A stretch of 64,000 nt of DNA from Eledone cirrhosa (lineage: Eukaryota): contig OZ024743.1 in the NCBI GenBank assembly GCA_964016885.1, positions 222,642,001-222,706,000 of the forward strand, in the 5' to 3' direction. The position numbers were made by a program, and so were the translations under genes. Positions 53,651 through 64,000 of the stretch are shown piece after piece. Within the stretch, counting starts at the first letter, position 1. Every line of letters starts with the position of its first letter. Under the pieces are notes generated by a model. That model was not told the origin of the DNA. It searched no databases and saw only the letters and a list, made by a program, of their open reading frames with translations.

Positions 53651-54076
53651 TATATAGAGAAGACCCGCCTTACCTAAATATATAGTAAAACCTACTCCAG
53701 CCAGTAGGCATCTCTAACAAAATACACCCCGTCCCACCACCACCACCCCCACCCCATCCACACCACCCCGTTCTATGTAAAGTTGTGTTGGTACCGCGCC
53801 ATCCAGGCCGAAACAAATGAGATCGTGTAGGTGTCACGACAAAAAACACACAGTCCACGCTGTAATGTGGCCGTGTAGGCAACACGGTAAAAACCTCCCA
53901 GACCCACACTGTAAATGTGGTTGGTGTTAGGAAGGGCATCCAACTGTAGAAAACCTGCCAGACAGTCCTATGCGAGCAAGACAATCACTCTTGCCTCAAG
54001 TGGGAATACCCCCGTCCAAACCCATGCAAGCGTGGAACACGGACGTTAAACATTGATGATGATGATGATGATGATG

Positions 54077-54123
<47 letters not shown>

Positions 54124-54239
54124 TATATATATGTATATATATGTATATATATACATATATATATATATGTGTGTGTTTGTGTGTGTGTTTGTGTGTATAT
54201 GTATATACATATACATATAAACACAAACACACACACACA

Positions 54240-54302
<63 letters not shown>

Positions 54303-55086
54303 GTATATATATTATATATTGGCTACTAAAGGAAATGCTAACTTATAAATCTTTGTCTGCAGTTGAAAATGTTTTTATTTTTTATAGTTTATAATAATGG
54401 AGCTACAGTGAAACTACCGCCCACTCTGCTAAAAGACTATGGCAACATACATAGCAATAGTTGCAGAGTTCTGGATGATTCTACAAGGAAGCCATATGAA
54501 ATGCTTGAATGCTTCCCTCCCACTTATCTTACTACATGTCTCAATGCTACATTAATTTTGTTCTAATCAACCTTCTGATCTCTGAAAGTCTGTCAGTATT
54601 ATATTGATACATCAATGTCTACAAATGTCATGCTTTAAATATTTATGTCGACACACACACCCACACACCCACACACCACACACTCATATATATATATATA
54701 TATATAGATTATCATCATCATCACTGTTTATTGCCCATTCTTTCCATGCTAGCATGGGTCATATATATATATATATATATATTATAGTTAGAGAATTGGA
54801 TTCTCAATCATGAGGTTGTGAGTTTGATTCTCGGACTGAACGATGCGCTATGACCTTCAGCAAGACACTTTATTTCACGTTGCCCCTTCTACCTGGAGTT
54901 GCGGCCAATAGATAGTATTAGCAATTGGAAAGACCGATGGAAACATTGTTTCCTCGGTCTGATTTGACGAAAGTTGATATATGTATATATCTATGTACTA
55001 TACATACACCTTTGACAAGTTGTAGTGCACCTGAGCACTTTACACAATAATTTCATTATTATTATTATATTATATATATATATATA

Positions 55087-55545
55087 TCATCATCATCATT
55101 TTACGTCTGCTTTTCCCTGCTTGCAAGGGTGGGACAGGTCTTATTCAGCACAGCATCTCTCCACTTGTCACGCTCCTTCGTTATCTCCACCGTGAGCTTC
55201 AACGATCTGAGGTCTGTTCTCACCACCTCCGCCCATATTTTTCGTGGTCTACCTCTACCACGTCTTCCTTCAACTGGCAATTCCTGACACTTCTTCACCC
55301 ATCGGTCATCCTCCATGCGCATCACATGTCCATACCACCTCAGTCTCCTCTCCCGTACACTACATTCTATCCCTCTCAGACACAGTTTTCTGTCAATACA
55401 TTCATGCTGAGTCATTCACGCACATTTACACTGCACATCCAACGGAGCAAGCTTGCTTCATTTCTCTCCAGCCATCGCATATCCTCTTCAGTTGCTGCCC
55501 ATGTCTCACTACCATGCAGCATCGCGCTCCTCACACAGGCATCAT
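55087..55545 (-). pseudogene. RTE ORF C-terminal fragment with (GAT)n tail
   Basis: RLRWYGHVMRMED..RGRGRPRK.W. Confidence 0.85.
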
Positions 55546-56066
55546 ATATATATATATATATATTTATATATATTGTTATACTTGGGGAGGGTCATATTTG
55601 TGTAATATTGCCAGAATTAATAACAGAACACACTCACTGTTTGGTTGGTTTTCGCTTCTCGCTTCTGTGTCTTTTATATCGGTAATCTAACTTACTCGGT
55701 CCTCAATGTTGCCATTGACTGACCGACGGTCAAAAATAATACAGATACAATATAGACACAAACACATATATATAGTTTATCATAAATCTTTCGTTGCACA
55801 TCTGCAACATCGTCAGTGGTGCTATTGTTTCCTCCTGTTGCATTGTATGTCTACGCCATTTTTATTCAGTCTGTCTATATATTTGTTTCGACACACGATT
55901 TCATATAAAAAACCTCGCAAAACTAATTCATCGCCGTTATATATATATATATATATATATATATGCGTGTGTGTGTGTGTGAGTGTGAATGTGTGTGTTA
56001 TACTATTATTCTAGTATGTGTTCCAGCCAACAGGCTGAGGACATGATGGGGCACCGCCATTGTATG

Positions 56067-56099
<33 letters not shown>

Positions 56100-56130
56100 T
56101 TATGTATGTATGTGTGGTTATACATATATC

Positions 56131-56467
56131 TATCATCATCATCATTTTACGTCCACTTTTCCCTGCTTGCAAGGGTGAGGCGGGAACTGATTCTGGCTTG
56201 ATTTCTACAGCTGGATGCCTTTCCTAACACCAACCTCATTTACAGTGAGTGCTGAGTGCTTTTTTGCCATGGCACCTCCACGACCACTTTGCAGTGGAAT
56301 GATAGGGACCCAGTCCCTATCATCTCATTTCTACAGCTGAGTAAACTGGAGCAATGTGAAATAAAGTGTCTTGCTCAAGGAAACAACGCATCACCCGGTC
56401 TGAGAATTGAACTCACAACCTTTCGATTGCAAGGCCAATGCTCTAACCACTAAGCCATGTGCCTCCT
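56131..56467 (-). mobile_element. tRNA-CORE SINE with RTE-derived tail
   Basis: TGGCTTAGTGG / GAGTTCAATTC boxes, TCCTTGAGCAAGACAC, GGACGTAAAATGATGAT tail. Confidence 0.8.
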
Positions 56468-56657
56468 ATATACATATAAAACATATTCTGTCTGTGTGCC
56501 AGCGCATTGCTTTTTCTGATATTACAAAAATTACTGTACATATCACATGGTATTAGATTCAAATGAGAACTGAAATTGCATTGGTACCAGTTCAAAATAC
56601 CACCCTGTCCAAAAATATATTGTTTGCTTTTTTAAGTGTTTTACTATCCAAGTTTAA

Positions 56658-56878
56658 CCCTTGAGCATTTACATTACAATATATATAGTATTGTATTTTC
56701 ATGGTAAAGGCTTTATCTTAAATAATTATCTCACATAGTATCTATTCTATGAGAATTTGTTATTATTTATTTTGTGAACAATATGTTAATTCAAGTATGA
56801 GCAGCTGGTTGCAGCCAGTTTGAACAGAAAGAGGTGAGAGAATTCTGGCTGGTTACAGCCGGTTTAAATGCTAAAGGG
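56658..56878. mobile_element. piggyBac-type MITE
   Basis: TTAA|CCCTTGAGCATTT..AAATGCTAAAGGG|TTAA; same family as 28088 and 50258. Confidence 0.75.
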
Positions 56879-57303
56879 TTAAAGTAAAATATATTTGATT
56901 TAATAATTCCTTGCTTTCAACATTCTATGTAAACACAATTGAATCTTCAATTTCCTGCCTTCATGGTTTTTCCTTTCATATTCTTTTAAACCAATTACAA
57001 TACTTTTTTTCATATTTTCTTCATTATCAAAAATATATTCACTAAATTATTATGACTTTCTTCTACCAATGTGTCTATCCATCTGTATGTCTGTCTTTCT
57101 ATCTATATATCTGTCTATCTATCTATTTTCAGATTCTATTGGGATTTGGAGTCTTTTGTTGTTATAAATAGACTAAACCACCTGTGACCTGTTGGGTCAC
57201 ATTCACTTAAAAATATTTTTTTTAAAATAATTTTTAAATAATTCAAATATACACAGACATGTATATAATTTAAAATGAAATTGGAAGGTCCATATACATA
57301 TAT

Positions 57304-57387
<84 letters not shown>

Positions 57388-57762
57388 ATCTCTTTCTATG
57401 TGTCTCTTTCAATCTAGTCTCTCACAATCACTCACTATCTCTTTCTCTCTATCTTTCTCTCTCTCTATTTATGAAGTTATCTCAGGAACCCATGCTCCGA
57501 TTTACACAAAACTCTTTTTATTCCATTTGTATTCCCATTTCAGGGGCAACTTCCTTTCAAAGTATTTTTCTTTAATGCGCCATTTTGGCTGTATTAAATT
57601 ACAGACAACCACACAATCACTGAGTTTTAGTAGTATATAGATAACTATAGATTATCAGTCAGTGAGACAGGTAAACAAAAAGGTAGATAGGTAAGTAAGT
57701 AGGTATATAGGTAAGTAGGTATGTAGGTAAGTAGGTAAGTAGATAGATACACACAGGGATAC

Positions 57763-58594
57763 TAAACCAAATGCACACAAAGATACAATGTACATATTCT
57801 AAACCAGATACACACAGGGATACAGTGTACCTATCCTAAACCAGATACACACAGGGATACAGGGTACCTATTTTAAACCAGATACACACAGGGATACAGT
57901 GTACCTATCCTAAACCAGATACACACAGGGATACAGTGTACCTATTCTAAACCAGTTATACACAGGGATACAGGGTACCTATCCTAAACCAGATACACAC
58001 AGGGATACAGGGTACCTATTTTAAACCAGATACACACAGGGATACAGGGTACCTATTTTAAACCAGATACACACAGGGATACAGGGTACCTATCCTAAAC
58101 CAGATACACACAGGGATACAGGGTACCTATCCTAAACCAGATACACACAGGGATACAGTGTACCTATCCTAAACCAGATACACACAGGGATACAGGGTAC
58201 CTATTTTAAACCAGATACACACAGGGATACAGTGTACCTATCCTAAACCAGATACACACAGGGATACAGTGTACCTATTTTAAACCAGATACACACAGGG
58301 ATACAGGGTACCTATTTTAAACCAGATACACACAGGGATACAGTGTACCTATTCTAAACCAGTTATACACAGGGATACAGTGTACCTATTCTAAACCAGT
58401 TATACACAGGGATACAGTGTACCTATTCTAAACCAGTTATACACAGGGATACAGTGTACCTATTCTAAACCAGTTATACACAGGGATACAGTGTAACTAT
58501 TCTAAACCAGATACACACAGGGATACAGTGTAACTATTCTAAACAAGATACACACAGGGATACAGTGTACCTATTCTAAACAAGATACACACAG
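57763..58594. repeat. 37-bp minisatellite, ~22 copies
   Basis: Unit TAAACCAGATACACACAGGGATACAGTGTACCTATCC. Confidence 0.95.
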
Positions 58595-59619
58595 AAAAAT
58601 GCTTATTTTTTTCTTTGGGTTAACAATAAAAGAAAAAGAATTATTTTAATAAAGGAAACAAATTGAAATATTATTTCAGGTACATGGATAGTCTAATCAC
58701 AATTCATAATGACAGGTTTTAAAATAATTTACAAAGAAATCTATCGATCTAAAAAATAACAAATTGGTGTCCAATTCTTTATAGCTATAAATATTAACAG
58801 AAAAAATATAAAACTCATCTGAAAATTGTATGATAAAGAAATAATTATCAATTCAATATATGAAGAAGACTTTACTTTAAGAGGAATATAAATAACAAAA
58901 TATTTCTCATTATAACACATACAAAATAAGGCAGTAGTTTGGCAAAATTGTTTGGGTACCAGACAAAATAACTTATGGTATTTGTTCTGGATCTTTACAT
59001 TCTGAGTTCAAATCCTGCTGAGGTTAGCTTTGCCTTTCGTCCTTATGGGGTTGATAAAATAAAGTATCAGTAACACACTGGTGTCAGTTTAATTGACTTT
59101 CCACTCCCACGTAAAATTGTTGGCTTTGTGCCAAAATCAGACTAAGTATATTTGACTAAGGTCAAATTTGCCTTTCATCCTTTCAGGGCTGGTAACATAA
59201 ACTACCTCTCATGTACAGGGGTAGATTTAATCAATATTCCTCACACCTTAAATTATTGGCTTTGCGCCTAAATTAAAAACCTTAGAAGTGATGAATTAGC
59301 CAAATCATTAGAGCGTTAGACAATACATTTTGTGGCGTTTGTTCTAGCTCTTTATGTTCTGATTTCAAATGCCACTGAAGTATACTTCCTCGTTCATCCT
59401 TCCAGGGTCATTAAAATAAAGTATTTTCACTTCACCCCAAATCACTGGCCTTGTACCTAAATCAGAAATTAAAAAAATCATTATAATACATACAGAATTA
59501 CTAAGACTGCTTTAAATAAAAAATACTGAGGTTAAACAGAATTTAGAAAAAAAAAATGTAACATTTATTTGGCAAAGAGATTGTCCAATCTTTGCTAGCA
59601 GGGAAAGTAGATGTTAAAA

Positions 59620-59763
59620 TGATGATGAGGATGATGGTGATGATGGTGATGATGATGGTGATGATGATGATCATCATCATCATCATGATAGTGGTCATGC
59701 TGATGGTGATGATGGTGATAATTGTGATGATGATGATGATGACGGTGGTGATGGTGACGATGG

Positions 59764-59820
<57 letters not shown>

Positions 59821-59842
59821 CAATGGTGACGATGATAATGAT
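59620..59842. repeat. (GAT/GGT)n array
   Basis: Direct inspection. Confidence 0.95.
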
Positions 59843-59920
59843 TCAATTCAATATATTTGGCAGAAATTAAAACATAGATGCTTCAGATGCCATATAAGGA
59901 GGGGGGGGGGGGGGCAACAT

Positions 59921-60207
59921 CTACACAGTCGGAAACACAGTGGTCCAACACCGGTCCAACTTCGCCTTGAATTGTTGCGTAGTTGACGCGTTGACTACTT
60001 CTTCTGGAAGCCGATTCCAGGGTCCAGAGATGCGGATCGAGAAAGCAGCTTTCCGTCTATTTAGGCGAAAGCGGCGGTGAAACAGCTTTTTGTCATGTCC
60101 ATGTAGACCCCTTTCAAGTGCCGGAGTGAATAGGAGATCTTGAGGGAGATCGTAATGGCCATTGAAGAGATTGTAAAGCAAAATGAGATCACCTCTTAGC
60201 CGTCGAT
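59921..60207 (-). pseudogene. CR1-group LINE ORF2 C-terminal fragment
   Basis: RRLRGDLILLYN..LHGH..FS.R...WNRLPEEVVNA.T..FK.KLD. Confidence 0.85.
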
Positions 60208-61569
60208 GACGTTGATGATGCTGATGATGATGATGATAACAATGATGATGATGATGACAATGACAACAACAACAACAATGATGATGATGACGATGATGAT
60301 GATACTGTAAAGAATCAAGAAAATGTCACAAATTTCAGTCATAAAAATATTTTTTTAAACCGTGATTAAAAGGACAACATATTGAACAAACTAAGTATTA
60401 ATAATTTCAAACAACTTAAAATATAAATAAATCAAAATCAAGATGAAAACACCACCACCACCCCTCTATTCACATAATAACCCCCCCCCCCCCCCCCCTA
60501 CATAAGAACTCATACACGCCTACACAAGAATTCATATACATGCTATCTAATTAGAGGCAATATGTATATTAAAGAAAAGACTTCCGCTCAAGGATATAAG
60601 ATCAAAAGCTCATGTAATATGTTTTAGAAAACATGAATACAAATAAATAAAATGAGCCAAAGTGTTCTCCATGTAAACAAATAAAACAAATAAGCCAAAG
60701 CGTTCTCCATGCAGTCAATCGATCAGCTAGAAGTAACAGCTAAATCTACCTCAAATTACAATCTACTGTCTTAAAAAAAAAAAAAAAAGAGCAACATTTT
60801 GGATAATGTGGTTGGCATTAGGAAGGGTATCCAGCTGTAGAAACCAAGCTAAAATCAATTCTGTATGAGCAAGATATGGTCACCTGATCTGGCCTATGTC
60901 ACAACAGGACAATTCATTTAAACCATGCTAGTATGCAAAATGGACATTAAATACTGATGATGATGATGACAGCTATACCATAACAGGAGAAACCAAAAAT
61001 ATTTTAATGAATATTTCAGTCAACTTTAATGTGATGAATTAATAAATATCTGTACTACCATGATATACAGTCTGACATGTCTTGGACACTATAAACCTGG
61101 CAGAACCCACCTCCTCTCTATGTGTGATCACAGCTTAGGAGAGTGAGAAAAGGGAAGCAATATAAAGGAAGAACCGTCCCCCAGGACTGGACTGGTACTT
61201 TTAGTTGTTGACCTCAAAAATTTGAAAGGCAAAGTTGACTTCAGCAGGTTTTGAACTTGGAGCACAGAGAGCCAGAGGAAATGCTATATAGCACTCTATC
61301 CAATGTTCTAATTACTGCCAATTCACCACTATGACATATATTTAAAAAAATCTAAAATATATTTAATGATAGTTAACTACAGTTTCGTCTTTAATTATAA
61401 GTACAATCTGTAAACAGGTTTATATTAGGAGGGGCATCCAGTCATAGAAACAATGCCAAACATGAAATGCCAAATGAATAAGAGATGATTCCCCCAACCA
61501 ATTTAGTCTCAGACTATGGAAAACTGTCCAGCTTATGCCACCATGGAAGATGGACATAAAATGATGTAT

Positions 61570-61660
<91 letters not shown>

Positions 61661-61674
61661 GGTGTAAATGTTGT

Positions 61675-61900
61675 TGCTAATTAATAAACAAGTCTGGCAA
61701 TTAAAAGACAGAGGTATCCTCCATGCACTAAACTGGAGGATTCTAGAAAAGTTCAGACCATATATTAACAATTAACAGTTCAAAGAAGTGTGCCCATTGT
61801 ACCTGCAAGAAATTCAGAATGCTACATGGAATGAAATCATCAAACAAATACCTAAATACCAAGAACACGATCTTTAAGGGCTGCTTACATTTCAAGAAGT
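61675..61900 (+). pseudogene. PLE GIY-YIG C-terminal remnant after (TA)n
   Basis: KQVWQLKDRGILHALNWRILEKFRPY resembles SLLWDLK..IWNIISKATPF in the 12091-12519 ORF. Confidence 0.6.
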
Positions 61901-62924
61901 ATTTACCGTCGTCATGGAAAAACTAAGGCATAGATATACAACCTCCACAGAGAGAAGTACAGTACTCATCTTAATTCTGACAATTCACATTGACACTTTC
62001 AACTGCATGAGACCTTTCCCTTTTTTCTCCACACTTTACGCTACATTAACAACGGACCTAACATATTCACAAGTAATAGAACATATACACCCACCCACAC
62101 AACTCCCACTTATACCGAATCATGTCATTTTCACATCATTTTTCCACCTATCTAATAATTGTTTCTACTTTTTTGGCACAAGGCCAGCAATTACCCCAGT
62201 ACATTACTGGTACTTTATTTTATCGACACCGTAGCGATAAAAGACAAAGTTAACCTCAGCAGAAGTTGAACTCAACCATAAAGGGCCGTAACTCTATGCT
62301 GCAAAGCATGGCGCCTGACTCTCTACCGATACTGCTGCATGCTTATTTTTAATTAATTCTAAAGCTTAACAAGTGTTGTCTCCCTTTGACCATTTAAAAA
62401 AAAACAACTAGAAAAACAAAATTTTCTGTTAACGTCCTCTCTTGCCATGGGATCTCATCCCAAAGTTCCCTTCAGACATTTTGATCCTTTTGACCTGAAG
62501 AAAGGCAATTACTATTGCATTCTAAGCCTAACTCTTACATACAGATCAGGTCACCCCTACCCTCATATTCATCATCCGTCAAATCATGCTATACATGCAT
62601 AACATCATACTTATTTTCTTTTCTCTCCTTGCCCTATCAGAGCAGAGATGGCTCTTCAGCTGGGAGAAAACGTACCTAGTACACCTTCTAATGTGGTTAG
62701 CAATAGGAAGAGCACACTACTGTAGAAACCATGTCAGAAGGGGTTGAGATGACCCTTCAGTTGTGCCAATGGCATGACAACCTCCCTAATGTTGGTGACC
62801 TACATGATAAATACACCCAGTACATTTTGTTAAGTAGTTGTTTATGAGAAGGGTATCCAGTCATAGACAGCTTGCCAAACAGAGGGTTGGGAGGACTGTT
62901 CAGTTGTGTCAAAAATGATGTGTT

Positions 62925-63958
62925 AAAATTGCCACCAAAAAGTACCATATACTGTGTAATATGTACTTCAAAACTGCCACCAAGTGTAGACTTGAAAAAG
63001 GACCATATACACTACAATATGTACTTCAAAATTTCCACTAAGTTTAGACATGAGAAAGGACCATATACACTACAATATGTACTTTAAAATGTTCACCAAG
63101 TGTAGACAGGAGAAAGTACCACATACTGTGCAATAAGTACTTCAAAATGGCCACCAAGTGTCCACATGAGAAAGAGCCATATACAGTGTAGTAAGTACTT
63201 CAAAATGGCCACCAAGTGTCCACATGAGAAAGAGCGAGCCATATACAGTGTAGTAAGTACTTCAAAATGGCCACCAAGTGTCCACATGAAAAAGAGCCAT
63301 TATCAGTGCAGTAAGTACTTCAAAATGGCCACCAAGTGTCCACATGAGAAAGAGCCATTATCAGTGCAGTAAGTACTTCAAAATGGCCACCAAGTGTCCA
63401 CATGAGAAAGAGCCATATACAGTGTAGTAAGTGCTTCAAAATGGCCACCAAGTGTCCACATGAGAAAGAGCCATATACAGTGTAGTAAGTGCTTCAAAAT
63501 GGCCACCAAGTGTCCACATGAGAAAGAGCCATATACAGTGTAGTAAGTGCTTCAAAATGGCCACCAAGTGTCCACATGAGAAAGAGCCATATACAGTGTA
63601 GTAAGTGCTTCAAAATGGCCACCAAGTGTCCACATGAGAAAGAGCCATTATCAGTGCAGTAAGTACTTCAAAATGGCCACCATGTGTCCACATGAGAAAT
63701 AGCCATATACAGTGTAGTAAGTACTTCAAAATGGCCACCAAATGTCCACATGAGAAAGAGCCATATACAGTGTAGTAAGTGCTTCAAAATGGCCACCAAG
63801 TGTCCACATGAGAAAGAGCCATATACAATGTAGTAAGTGCTTCAAAATGGCCACCAAGTGTCCACATGAGAAAGAGCCATATACAGTGTAGTAAGTGCTT
63901 CAAAATGGCCACCAAGTGTCCACATGAGAAAGAGCCATAGGCAGTTCAGTAAGTACTT
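62925..63958. repeat. 58-bp minisatellite, ~18 copies
   Basis: Unit GTACTTCAAAATGGCCACCAAGTGTCCACATGAGAAAGAGCCATATACAGTGTAGTAA; left-edge copies are more degenerate. Confidence 0.95.
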
Positions 63959-64000
63959 CTGATGATTTATACATCAAAGTAAATGTAACCATGTATCCAA

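Noticed and set aside
57505-57590. Candidate minus-strand exon (PKWRIKEKYFERK...)
   Set aside because: Weak polypyrimidine tract and donor site; no supporting homology recognised.
57763-63958. 37-bp and 58-bp arrays as CRISPR or coding repeats
   Set aside because: They are contiguous tandem units without unique spacers, and their frames contain stops.

Overview
This is AT-rich, microsatellite-dense animal DNA; the repeat repertoire resembles octopus/cephalopod genomes (inference). It is made almost entirely of nested transposable elements, and I could not identify an intact host gene. Main contents: (i) four decayed Tx1-clade (L1-like) LINEs, three of them head-to-tail in a (TCTG/TG)n microsatellite, one carrying a solo LTR; (ii) one near-full-length RTE LINE and many RTE fragments; (iii) Penelope-like element (PLE) fragments encoding GIY-YIG endonuclease; (iv) tRNA-derived SINEs, non-autonomous Helitrons, hAT and piggyBac MITEs, mariner and CR1 remnants, and minisatellites. 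Three things stand out. First, about 14 hammerhead-ribozyme (HHR) loci from several dissimilar PLE-type families lie within 5.5-26.5 kb, including U3-A8 core variants and giant stem II/III forms; many sit in head-to-head palindromes inside (TA)n/(CA)n tracts. Second, a 14.2-kb hAT-bounded unit (10717-24937, perfect 8-bp TSD) splits an RTE remnant and carries much of this cargo. Third, a fold-back element holds two convergent tRNA-like Pol III units. All structures were read by eye, and TE boundaries are approximate.
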